Assembly: GCF_031769215.1 (NCBI RefSeq)
Contig: NW_026782003.1
Coordinates: 1 to 64,000, forward strand
Direction: 5' to 3'
Length of the DNA: 64,000 nucleotides
Source: Ylistrum balloti
Lineage: Eukaryota
Shown here piece by piece: positions 39,461-51,905 of the stretch. Position numbers and translations under genes: made by a program. Below the pieces are notes generated by a model. The model did not search any database. It was not told where the DNA came from and saw nothing but the letters and a program-made list of their open reading frames with translations. Position 1 is the first letter of the stretch, and every line of letters begins with the position of its first letter.

Positions 39461-41774
39461 GAAGACTTGTAGAATCTAATTCATCAACTATATCTAATGC
39501 CTTAGGTCTTATATCAAAGTTATTTAAAGAAGACTATCTCCTTTCCCTGATTGATTAGGCATATTAATTAGTTCCTTAATCAGGATGGCAATTGTCTTTA
39601 TCATTACAATGCAGGAATGCCTTTTCATCTGAACTGTTAATATCGGCCGATTGAAGATATTGGTCACAAGTTATACTGTCTATGTGAGAAGATCAGAGTT
39701 CTTTTTCACCGAAGAAGTTAATAAATAATCAACAAAATACCAACATAATTCAAACTCAATTCCAATAAAACTAGACAAACGAGAAATGGGGCGTATCCTT
39801 ATCATTGAGTTTCCGTGCAAGAAGTTGCCAAGTAACAGACAAGCTCACAACACAGTGTTTCGAGAGGTGCAGGTTGATGGAAATTATGAGGAAGTTTCAG
39901 TGATCTCGTTGAGAATATTTTTTTGTCTTTGTGCTATATGAAGCTGGGCGTGTTTAATGTTCGTTAGTTTGCTTGTTAGTTCCGTTGTTGTATACTTTAT
40001 TCCCATTTGAGAACGTGGCATCACTTACTTGGAATGACCAAGGTTTACGTGGGGGTTATGATTCTATTGGCATTCATTATTATTATTATTATTTTTTTTT
40101 TTCGCGCTCGCACGCGAAAACCAACTTGTGATATTTAAGGTTATATATTCAGACGTTTTTGACTGGTGGCGATAACAGCAGAAAGAACTTTATTTGCTCC
40201 CGTAGCAAGCACTAAAGATAACACGTGGAGAGAAAAAAATAGCCTGCGTCAATAGAAGATAGGAACATGACGGACAAAGCAACAAATAGTCTCGCTCACC
40301 ATGACGCTTCATTACGTGTACAGACATTGAGTTTGACTAAACGAGTCTACTCGGTTACGATCATACAGAGATTGTCCAAAGGGATAAACTAGAACAAACA
40401 AAACACCACGAACTAGACAGGAACACAATAAATACAATATTCAAGGAAGGGAGAGTTCCTTAAACTTGAGGTTAAATTATTATTGTTGCCAGACATGTTG
40501 TCACGTTTGTTTACCGCAATGAAATACATCAGTTATAATACTACTCTTGCTCAAGATAGCTCTGCCATTATTCACATTAGGCTGAAGAGTATGATGTGCT
40601 ACGACATGAGCACAAACAATCCACATCATCACGGTTTTCCGCATATCATAACTTTACACCGTGCCTTTGCGTTCACAGAAGGTCATTTCCGGATTGTTTT
40701 CTGCTACTCCGCAGAAACGGTAACTTCCGTTAATTATCCTTGCGCGTTGTATCAATTGCCAAGTAAAAATGAAATATCAGTATATACCATTTTGCTATAT
40801 CACCATATACGTACTTTATACATGTTCTGACTCAATTTATCACAAAGATATTTCATAGGATTCTATAATGTATCATTATTTACAAACTATTTTTTTCTGC
40901 GGATGAACTTTGTTATGGTCATTCAGTTGTAAGGTCACGATACGGAAACCATATATTTCTAAAACCTATGAGAGGAATTTCGTGAAGATTAGAGGAATCT
41001 TATTTCTTAAGTATGTTTTACTGTCGCATTCATATTCCATAAGATCATTTATTGCCAACGAAAGATGATTGGAATTTTGTGAAATTGTTGCATTCATCTC
41101 GATCCGTCAAATAAATTTGGTATCGCTGCCAGTCGATTTCTGACATGTTTGATGCCGATAACGAACATGTAAATTGTTATTTACATACTTAATGTTATGG
41201 TGTGCTTACTTAAGTGACGTTGTATATACTTAGTCCTGTCATATTCACATTGGACTCTCATAAATGTGGAGATTAGGTGATCGCTTTGGAGTTCCATTGT
41301 GCCTCTCAATTTCAATGTTATCAAGCATTTATGAATCTGAAATCTAAATGATCTTAATCATCAGATACATGTATGCAGGAATGTCAATAGAAGCTCCCTG
41401 CTTGGAAAAGGCGTTAAATATTCTTTTCAGATGTGTAACATATGAAAGAATATTTCTTTCTGTTTTGCTACCCAGAAAACTTTCAAAGAGTCCACGTCTT
41501 ATTTTTGCCATGGTCACCGTCGATCATTTGCGACCAATTCAAAACTAAAATCGCGAATATGGTCTGACCCCCTTTGAACAAATGTTTACTGTGATTATTT
41601 TTCATTATTTGTCCAGAAATGTTTACACTGCAAAATAAATAACTTGCATATATCTGTTGATTTACATTTTGAAAACTTATCAATGATATGCACAGATAGA
41701 ACGAAAATCTGTCATACATCTTATACTTGTACCTGGCTGAGTTTATTGATTTTTATTATTTTGGCAGATGAAGT

Positions 41775-44700
41775 ATGGGTCAGACTTTGTCTGAACCTGT
41801 TACTACCAAGGAAACCTCCAGCTGTCAGAACCAGTTCTTAAAAGTTGGTTCTTCATGTATGCAGGGATGGAGAATAAGTATCCTTTTATCTTGATGGAAA
41901 CAAAACCTGTTTCAAAACAACACAAGGAAAGGTCAATTTTATCATCTGTCCTACTGTAAGTTAATGGTTTTTTCAAATTAATACCAAAATGCCATATATT
42001 ATAAGATTAGCATGTTCCTGATTAATTTCTATCATGTAGAAAATTTGAGATCCTAACATCAGTAATTTTTAAATTAATGGGATATTGTAAACAAGTAGCA
42101 AATTTCTGGATGTTCTGTACCATTTAAGAACCAATCTCCTGTGTTTAGATTGATGAGGACAAACAATGAATGAAGTACCCAATGGCTGACTTAAAATTAG
42201 ACTTCCCAAACATACAGTAGCACATCAATCATGCATTGATTTTGGAAATGAAACTAGAAGAATGATGTAGAATCTAAGCAGGAGCAATGCTATTAATAAA
42301 CTAGAAAACAACCAGGGGCTGGGGGCTGTATACATGTTTCTTTCCACTGCATTGTGCAGGTTTGAACATTTTGTGACACAATCAGGGCAAAGATCTAGAT
42401 TGCTATAATCAATATGTTTTCTGAAAATGAATTATCATAGTTTTTTTTTTTTATTTGTCAGATTGAGGCATAACTTCTGTAAGAACATACTTATGTACAA
42501 ATACCTGAATAGAGCAAACAAAATCATTATCCTAATTTGCCAGGATTATCTCTTTAAATCTATAGATAAGTCAATGTTGTGATTTTATTATGATGACAGT
42601 AGGTTTAAAAAATAGTTGTAACCTAAGAAAATTGCAGCAAGATACCCAGATACATTTTGTGAATTCATGACTTTGGCCTGTTTTTCTTGCCCAGCAAGCA
42701 GATAGACCTCCCAACCAAAAATGTTTTTATTATCCAGGCCAATCTAGTTTGAAAGATTCAGACAATCAATCCTCTATTTTTTCTTGTCTTGGTCGCTAAA
42801 CAAGAATGGAAGAGCACATAGATAATGCAACCCCATAAATTTTTAAATTAATAACATGCGCTTTTGATCATGAAGTTAGAAGAAAGTCCTTGACTGTATA
42901 CAGATATGGAGGATGCCCATACACACCTTTTGTCACTGCCAGGTGATAAGGATGCTCAGTTCTTCGGGGTATTTGATGGTCATGGAGGTAAATTCTGATT
43001 TACACATATAGATGATATCAATAATAAAAGGTTGTAAATAAAGAAAATAAGCATCTGCTCTGAAATTTAAATGGAAATTATATACATGAACACAACAATT
43101 GAATTAGCTTTTTTTTATATCACTATTTCTTTAGAAGTACTGGATGGATCTTTCTCAGATTGCATATGTATGTTCACCTTGGTTTCTTGTTGTCCATGTA
43201 ATTTTGGAACTGACCAAAAAAATGAAATGGCAGAAAGGTGGCCATCTTGGATTTTGACTTTGAAAGTTTGTTATCGCTATTTCTTGAGAAGTACTTGATA
43301 GATCTCTCAGATTTCATTTGTAGGTTCCTATTAGTCTTTAGTTGTGTCCATATAATTTTGGGATTTATCAGAATTGCTGACAGAAGGAAATCTTAAATTT
43401 TGACCTTCAAAGTTTGTTATCGCAATTTCTTGAGAACTACAGCACAGATCTTTCTCAAATTTCATGTGTATGCTTTCCTTGATCTTTAGTTGTTCCTGTT
43501 TGATTTTAGGACTGATCAGAAAATACAAAATTGCCCAGAAGTTGCCATCTTGGATTTTGATGTCAAAAGTTTGTTTTCACTATTTCTTGGAAACTACGCT
43601 ATAGATCTTTCTCAAATTTCTTGTATATGTTCCTTTCAATCCCTTGTTGTGCCTGTTAAGAGTTTGGGACTGATCAGAAAAACAAAATGGCTGACAGGCA
43701 GTCATCTTGGATTTTCCTAGTAAAGATTGCTATTGCTATTCTTGAGAAGTACTACATGGATATCTCTCAAATTTCATGTTTTTTCCCTTTGGTCTCTCCT
43801 TGTACAAATTTGATTTTGGGATTGATCAGAAAAAAACAAAATGGCTTCCAAGTGGCCAGTTTGGATTTGGCAGGTAAAGATTAACATCGCTATTTCTGCA
43901 AAGGAATGTTCAAATGTCTTATTATTAAGAGCAAAAGCAGAGGAGGGAAAAGATCCAACTTTCAAAAAGCATATAAAGATCAAACAATGATGGGAGCCAA
44001 GATGCCTCTGGGATCTCCTGTTGGATTGATCAGATAACCAAAATGGCTAACCGGCCATTATCTTGGATTTTGACAGTGAAAGTTTGTTATCATTATTTTT
44101 GATAAGTAATTAGAGGATCTTTTTCAAGTTTCACCTGTAGATTCCTTTTTGTCCCTAGTTGTAACCTTAACTTGTAGGGACTGATCAGAAAACAGATTGA
44201 CAGAAAGGTGATCAGTTTGGATTTGATAGTTGAAGATAATTTCTTAAGATATTGTATAGTTAAGAACAAAAACACGAGGAAGGAAAGGAAAAGATTGAAC
44301 TGTTGAAGAACAAATAAAGATCAAATGATGATGCAAAGATCCTTCATGGATCTCTTGTTACTTTTGTCTTTATATTTATTAGGGATGATAGAATGTTATT
44401 TTTTGATGCATTCAAACAAATTAAATGTTGAGAAGATACTTTGGAAATGATCAACAGCAAACTCTTTAGCTTCCTTTCAAAATATAAACTTTGCATTTAT
44501 GTCACTCTTATATCCATTTCCGCAGATCATTTTGGGAAAATAAAGGAAAATAGTTGTTCTGTATCAAACATTGAACTTGATGCTTCAATTTATGCTTTGT
44601 AGGTGCCAAAATAGCTCAATATGCAGGGATCAATCTTCATAAGAAAATTGTGTCACATCCAGCTTATTGTAAGTATTAATATCATCATAGAAAAACTGGT

Positions 44701-47700
44701 TTGTATACAAGCATGTTTCATATCAGTGTGTGGGATTATACTGTAAGTACAGTCAAACTTCGATGTTTCGAGGTTCAAGGGACTACCAAAAGAACTTTAA
44801 TAAATCAAGACTGTGATTCATTCAACGTTTCCATGCTTTTATGAAGTTAATGACACAATATTTCTACCTGAACAAATGCAACAAATACCAAAATTTAAAT
44901 AAAAACGATGCATTTTTATCTTAAAACAAAAACATTTCCATTCATGATCAAAAGCACATACTTTAGATAGAAATAGAAATGCATGCTGACATTTGTGCTT
45001 TCATTTCACACAGTTTATGTATTTTACAAATTGATTTGAACTTAAACGATGCAAAGCATTAAAGTGGTCTTCAAGTGTTACAGTAATTATTGGCCGGGTT
45101 GCACATAGTGCAAATCCAGGTTATAGTGTGGTGAATATCAGGCGGATGGGAGGGCAGGTGGGGAAAAGGGGTACCAGTTTTGTAGAATCAACTCCTCCTA
45201 GAGATTTTGATGTAGAAGCTTGAATTTTTATATGAGGTTTAAGAATTTTAATATGAGGTTTAAATATATGTTGAAGGTGTGCACCTTCTGTTATGGATAC
45301 ATTCCGGACATTTTTCTGGATTCCGGGCTTTGGAACTTAGTAATTTTCTGCAGTTTGGCAGAGAAAAGGGATATTAGTTTTGTAGAATCAACTCCTTGAG
45401 TTTTTGATGTAGAAGCTTGAAACTTTGTAGCATGTTTACATATACATGTTCAAGATGTGCACCTTTTATTATGGATTCATTCCGGATATCGTTTCTTGAT
45501 TTTCCGGGCTTTGGAACTTAGTCATTTTCAACAGTCTGTATCCAAGGTGGCAGCCTTTGCCTTTCATATAAATCACCTTGGGGCCCTAAATGTCCATTGT
45601 CTATTTTTTGAACATTTCTGAATCTTCAAATGCCCTTCTTCTGACCAATTCATAAAATACAACCAAACTTTCTCTCTTATAACAAATATTCTACATACTC
45701 AACAAATGAAACGCCCTTAACTGTCTTATAAATACCATATAACATTGCACTCATCCCACAATGCGGCCAATTGTGGCTTTGCCCCATTTTTTTTAAAAAC
45801 TGATAAATAAACATTATAGGCACTAATGAATATAAAAGGAAGAAAATTGATATCATAATGTATTCTGTTCAGAAACGACAGCATTAACATCACACCTCTT
45901 CGGTCATAGAAATTACAAAAGTGTTTGCAGATGTTCTGATGAAGAGTTGGTACAATGAGAGAATGCATGATTGACAAATATATCACTGTGTTTCACATGC
46001 TTTTGTGCTTAAAATTGAAAAGTGATGCTTTGGGAATGAATGAATGAAATCATACAACTGATAGGATTTCCACAGATTGTTTTCAAAATTCTGTAAATAA
46101 GACGTAACTAAATGCCATTACCCCAATATCAACGGTAAACATCACACAACATCCCATTATCTTTTATTAAAATATCATAGCTTGTAAGTAAACAATTAAA
46201 TTTTAATCTGTGTCCAGTCAATGATTAACCTCGTTACACAGAGCCAATGATAGAGGGATATGGTAATCCTGTTGTCAGGTAGCACTCCTCATTGAAGAAA
46301 TGTGTGAAATTTTTTCGCGGGGAGAAAATACCTGTACAATACGGTTAAATGATTTGTTCCAATCATGAGGTATCATTGACTGTGTTACTATAGCTTACGG
46401 TCCATGAAAAAACTTCAATACATCGAAAAGTTAAAATTGTAAAGGGGTAAGTTAGTAGTAATATTTAGAAATAAAATTTGGTAACAGACAAAAACTTTGA
46501 TACCTCGAGAAATTCAAATCATCAAAGTTTGATTCATAGATAGTTTGTTGCTAAATGATTTTCAGCATTTAGTAATTGTATCTCTACTTGGTAGGCTGTT
46601 GTTGGTACATTGTATCTCTACTTGGTAGGCTGTTGTTGGTACATTGTATCTCTACTTGGTAGGCTGTTGTTGGTACATTGTGCCTCTACTTGGTAGGCTG
46701 TTGTTGGTACATTGTATCTCTACTTGGTAGGCTGTTGTTGGTACATTGTTTCTCTACTTGGTAGGCTGTTGTTGGTACATTGTATCTCTACTTGGTAGGC
46801 TGTTGTTGATACATTGTATCTCTACTTGGTAGGCTGTTGTTGGTACATTGTTTCTCTACTTGGTAGGCTGTTGTTGGTACATTGTATCTCTACTTGGTAG
46901 GCTGTTGTTGGTACATTGTGCCTCTACTTGGTAGGCTGTTGTTGGTACATTGTATCTCTACTTGGTAGGCTGTTGTTGGTACATTGTTTCTCTACTTGGT
47001 AGGCTGTTGTTGGTACATTGTATCTCTACTTGGTAGGCTGTTGTTGGTACATTGTGCCTCTACTTGGTAGGCTGTTGTTGGTACATTGTATCTCTACTTG
47101 GTAGGCTGTTGTTGGTACATTGTATCTCTACTTGGTAGGCTGTTGTTGGTACATTGTATCTCTACTTGGTAGGCTGTTGTTGGTACATTGTATCTCTACT
47201 TGGTAGGCTGTTGTTGGTACATTGTATCTCTACTTGGTAGGCTGTTGTTGGTACATTGTATCTCTACTTGGTAGGCTGTTGTTGGTACATTGTATCTCTA
47301 CTTGGTAGGCTGTTGTTGGTACATTGTATCTCTACTTGGTAGGCTGTTGTTGGTACATTGTATCTCTACTTGGTAGGCTGTTGTTGGTACATTGTATCTC
47401 TACTTGGTAGGCTGTTGTTGGTACATTGTATCTCTACTTGGTAGGCTGTTGTTGGTACATTGTATCTCTACTTGGTAGGCTGTTGTTGGTACATTGTATC
47501 TCTACTTGGTAGGCTGTTGTTGGTACATTGTATCTCTACTTGGTAGCCTGTTGTTGGTACATTGTATCTCTACTTGGTAGGCTGTTGTTGGTACATTGTA
47601 TCTCTACCTGGTAGGCTGTTGTTGGTACATTGTATCTCTACTTGGTAGGCTGTTGTTGGTACATTGTATCTCTACTTGGTAGGCTGTCGTTGGTACATTG

Positions 47701-50700
47701 TATCTCTACTTGGTAGCCTGTTGTTGGTACATTGTATCTCTACTTGGTAGGCTGTTGTTGGTACATTGTATCTCTACTTGGTAGGCTGTTGTTGGTACAT
47801 TGTTGGGTGTAGTGTCATGTTGCTACTGTATGTCCAGATTATACCACCTTATGCTGCTACAAAATGAACATAGACACCATATATACTTGATATGACATAA
47901 AACAAGGCAGTGAGAATGTTACAATCAAGCAATCTGTTTATTCTTAGACCATCACTCTATTTTCATTAAACTTGTTATATCAATTTAGCTCAGGGAAATG
48001 TGCCTGAAGCAATTCGACAGGGCTTTCTAGGACTGGATGAAGAAATGATCAAAGGTTTGTTTCACTGGAAAATGTATGAAAAATAATCATTCTCAAGAAA
48101 GTCCGATTTCTGCTTGGAAACAAATGGCTACATCTAATGACAGCTATGTTAAAATTGAGGTAATATGTCTGATATTTAAAACAAAAACCAACTGAGGCAA
48201 ATCAGAAATAAAAACTGAAATATAGACAGATTAAATGATTATAAATATTAATAATTATTCTGTTGAAGACCCTTCAAGTACATGTATTATAGGACATATA
48301 TATGTGTGTAAGTGATGAAAAATACTTTGTATCATATTACTGCAGATGAAGCCATGAAAGATGAGCTAGCAGGAACAACAGCTGTGATAACAATATTCAA
48401 AGGCAATACCATCTACTGTGTAAGTATTACAACAGTTGAGATAATAGAAAGTTATCGACAGGAATAAGTTAGAGAAAAGAAAGGAAAAGATTAAACTATA
48501 TAACAAATAAAGATTATACAATGATGGTGCCAAGATCCTACTTCGATCTCATGTATTCTCCCTGTTAGATTATCCTTTGATGAGATTTACCTGATCGTCT
48601 TGTTAACTGAAGAATGAAGCACAGGTTTACTAATTTAGACTCTGAGGCATGGTCTGTATTGGTAACATCACTTATTAGGACTGTCATAATTTATTAGTCC
48701 TCAGTTCATCATAAGATTGAATGTCTTTGTATCGGCTGAAGACAATTTGAGCTGGTATACTGTTATGTCAAATTTGCTGCTTAGTGAAACTGGAAATGAT
48801 CTACAGAATAAGGAAAAATATCTCTCTGATTGATGAATTGTGTCTACCAACTACATCCATATCCTTGTAGGGTAATGTTGGAGACTCCCGTGCTGTAGTT
48901 AGCATAAAAGGTACAGCAGAACAACTGTCACATGACCACAAACCAGGCAATGAATCTGAAACCAAGAGGATCATTTCTGCTGGAGGATGGGTAGAGTTTA
49001 ATAGAGTGAATGGTGCGCTTTTTATTATCATCACAGTTTTTGAACACCTATGATTCATGAGATTATCACCTCTATTCATTCAAGCTAATGGCATGTCAGT
49101 AATAGATGTTGGCAAATAGCACATGTAATACTGAATTTATTGGTAGCAAGTTATGTTTGATCTATAACTTGAAAATTTGAATGGTAATGCTTGAATGAGA
49201 AGTAACTGTGGATTCTACTATAGAATATTGCACTACAAGTTTAGAAATTGTTAGAACTGATATTTAGAAATTACAGTGTTGACTGCAAGACCAAAAAGAT
49301 AATACATAAATAAATTGTCTTTAACGAGGAAGAGAGCAATATTTAAAGAGTGTTGTTGTGAAGCTAAGGTTTATCAATACAGCAAAAAATTGACATTATA
49401 AAGAGAAAATACCATATGTGTACTGGTAATGAAAAACAACTATGAAAATTGTTGCATGATCAGGTTGTACATTTGGACAACCATTATTACTAGTAATATA
49501 TATTTGAAATTTGGAGAATAAGACATATCAGATCAATTGGAAATAGAAAAAATAGTATGCAGATATTATCAAAATGTGTATACAGAATTTGCTTATTTCT
49601 GGATGAAGTCAAACATACTAATTACCAGTAAAATGATGTCCACTCTCCTTTTCATCAGATTTGTTTGATGTTTGAATTCATGATCATTTGAAGTTTTTTA
49701 ACAGAAATTGATTTGTTTTATTAACAGGTAATTTAGCACTTTCTAGAGCACTGGGTGATTTTGTGTTTAAGAAAAATGAAAAAAAAGGTCCAGAGGAACA
49801 GATAGTTACAGGTGAGAATTGGATCAACATCACTATACGTGGTATATGAGTACATGTGTGTTTATCGTTTCACTGCAAATATAAATATCTGATATCCTGG
49901 ATATCGGCTGGAAATCAAAGCAATATTGCTATGATTTGTATTTTTAAGAATATTTTATCGTTTCGCTACAAATGTATTCATCAGATATTTTGAATCTACA
50001 TCAACTAACAGCATTGTTAAGTCTATTTCACCAAACATTTTAGCTCACCTTCTCTGAAAATCTTAAAAAGAAAGTAATGTAGGGATTGCATTTTGTTGAA
50101 AATGCTTGATCTTATATTTCACTAGCATATCCCGATGTGATTGAGAACCGTATCACACCAGACCACGAGTTCATTGTCTTAGCCTGTGATGGTATCTGGG
50201 ATGTTCTTACTAGCCAGGAAGTTGTAGATTTTGTTAGAGCCCGGATTGCTCAAGGCATGGAACCAGACATTGTAAGTAAAAAGTTATAACTTAGAAATAT
50301 TGTCCAGTCGTAATATCATACCCAGATTGTCATTCATTCTAATCATCTACGGATGCAAGTTCTAGCAATGATTTGTGCTCCAGTGAGTAGATTAAATATT
50401 AAGCACAAAAGCAGTGCTAAGTGTGAAAATGTGAAAATATTTATTTCCACTGACACATGTCCTGATGCCTGTTTTGGAAAAAAAAAAAATGCAGCAGCAT
50501 AGTGATTTTTTTTGTTTAATTTACTTTTTTTAGAATTTAACCTTTCAAAAAAATCACAATCATAACAAAAGTTTAATCCGGAGATAATTTTACTTCGCGG
50601 AGAACATCCTTAATATCATAATGATCACAATTCTACAATATAGTGAATAAATATGGACTTTTAAGTCAGTCATCAAATTTGAAGTCAATCATCTAATGAC

Positions 50701-51148
50701 AAAATAGGTACTGAAAGACATTCAAAAGTGAGAAAAATGAAGTTGAAGGTAGATTATCTCAGTGTAAAGGATTGAAGAGCTAAAATGAAATTATTTCAGA
50801 AGTATGTGTTTAATGAAACTGTGTAGATTTTGGTTTCAGTGAAAGAAGCATCTTTACTTTTTAAAAAAGATTAATTTTAAACTTAAGAAACAAATCAATG
50901 AGACACTTGACAAACTATATTTATTTTTATTGCAGATTTGTGAGGAGTTGATGACACGCTGTTTAGCACCAGACTGTCAAATGGGTGGACTTGGGTGTGA
51001 TAATATGACTGTGGTGTTGGTTTGTTTTTTATTTGGTCAGAGTTATGATGACTTGATTAAAAAGTGTGCCAAGCCTGGTGCACGAGGGGCTTCCACTGCG
51101 CATCTCACAAGTTACCAGGCCAGCTACAACAGGGTCGATCTCAAGTGA
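41775..51148 (+). CDS. Protein phosphatase 2C (PPM family; MGQTLSEP-type, Ptc2/T23F11.1-like), 9 coding exons, 325 aa
   Basis: Exons 41775..41877, 42904..42987, 44603..44668, 47989..48054, 48346..48419, 48871..49012, 49728..49811, 50126..50271, 50936..51148 (978 nt, phase-consistent). Motifs [40 protein letters not shown] and GCDNMT are intact. Confidence 0.96.
43125..44250. repeat. Diverged ~150-bp satellite-like array (~7 units), Helentron/HINE-associated type, in PP2C intron 2
   Basis: Recurring GCTATTTCTTGAGAA..AGATCT.TCTCAAATTTC..GGACTGATCAGAAAA..AAAATGGC..CATCTTGGATTTTGAC..AAAGTTTGTTATC at about 43130, 43275, 43421, 43579, 43734, 43888 and later. Confidence 0.75.
44750..46536. mobile_element. 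Possible decayed Tc1/mariner-pogo-type non-autonomous element with a nested repeat
   Basis: TA|CAGTCAAACTTCGATGTTTCGA at 44748 and a degenerate reverse-complement match (TCAAATCATCAAAGTTTGATTCA|TA) near 46514..46538. Confidence 0.3.
45150..45540. mobile_element. HINE/pearl-like remnant with two ~200-bp internal repeats
   Basis: Duplicated GTTTTGTAGAATCAACTCCT..TTTGATGTAGAAGCTTGAA..GTGCACC..TTCCGGGCTTTGGAACTTAGT, preceded by a G-rich microsatellite-like tract. Confidence 0.5.
46575..47803. repeat. 34-bp minisatellite, 36 near-identical copies, in PP2C intron 3
   Basis: Unit ATTGTATCTCTACTTGGTAGGCTGTTGTTGGTAC; 46575..47798 = 1224 bp = 36 units. Confidence 0.97.
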
Positions 51149-51734
51149 TATTACTAATCATCTTGTATATGGAACTCCAGCAATAATGTGTCTCTTCACC
51201 ATACAGAATGATTTTAATTTTAATCAAACCTGGATCTTACTATTACAGTTATAATATAAAATAAATCTAAATCAAATCTGTTAAATTACAATTGGTTATT
51301 AGAATTTTGTTAAGTAGTTTCAAATAAGGACTTTTTTAAACACAACGATTGAGATGACTTTGTAAGTGTATGTCTCCACAACATCTGGTATAATACTACT
51401 CATTCTGTAGTAAATCTAGCAACTTGCATGAAGAGTAGTAGAAAGGTCTACATTCATTGTTCATGATATACTGAAGAGCTGTTTATTATTACCACAAAGT
51501 TTTATTACCTATTTTAAATTATTTTTGCTGGTGTGATAAACACATTGTAAATTGATATTATGTTACTTAGTGGTAGAGGAAAATGAAACTGAACTGAAAT
51601 GTAAAAATACATTTCGGTTGTTATGTCCTCAAGCTGCTTTAGATAGAAAGCCTTATAGAGAATTTCTATCAGAGTCAAATTGTCTTACATGATTTCACAA
51701 CATATGATTGTGTTGTTAAATTGACAGCCTATCA

Positions 51735-51905
51735 CTAGCCCTTCAATCATGGGTTGCAGGTTCCAAGGCTACATTTGGTCAGTCAAAAGGTACTGGCCAC
51801 AGGTCCATGGTTTATCTCCATGAACTCTGTCTTTCCTCCACCACCCAAATCTGGCAGGTCCTTAAATGACCCTGACTGTTAATAAGACTTAAAACAACAA
51901 TAAAT
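51735..51905 (+). mobile_element. tRNA-derived SINE-like remnant
   Basis: B-box-like GGTTGCAGGTTCCAA, body CTTTCCTCCACCACC..CCTTAAATGACCCTG.CTGTTAATA.GAC.TTAAA and an A-rich tail. Resembles mollusc SINEs from recall; not searched. Confidence 0.45.

Noticed and set aside
1076-47803. CRISPR-like arrays
   Set aside because: The arrays are head-to-tail tandem repeats without unique spacers, there are no cas genes, and the context is eukaryotic.
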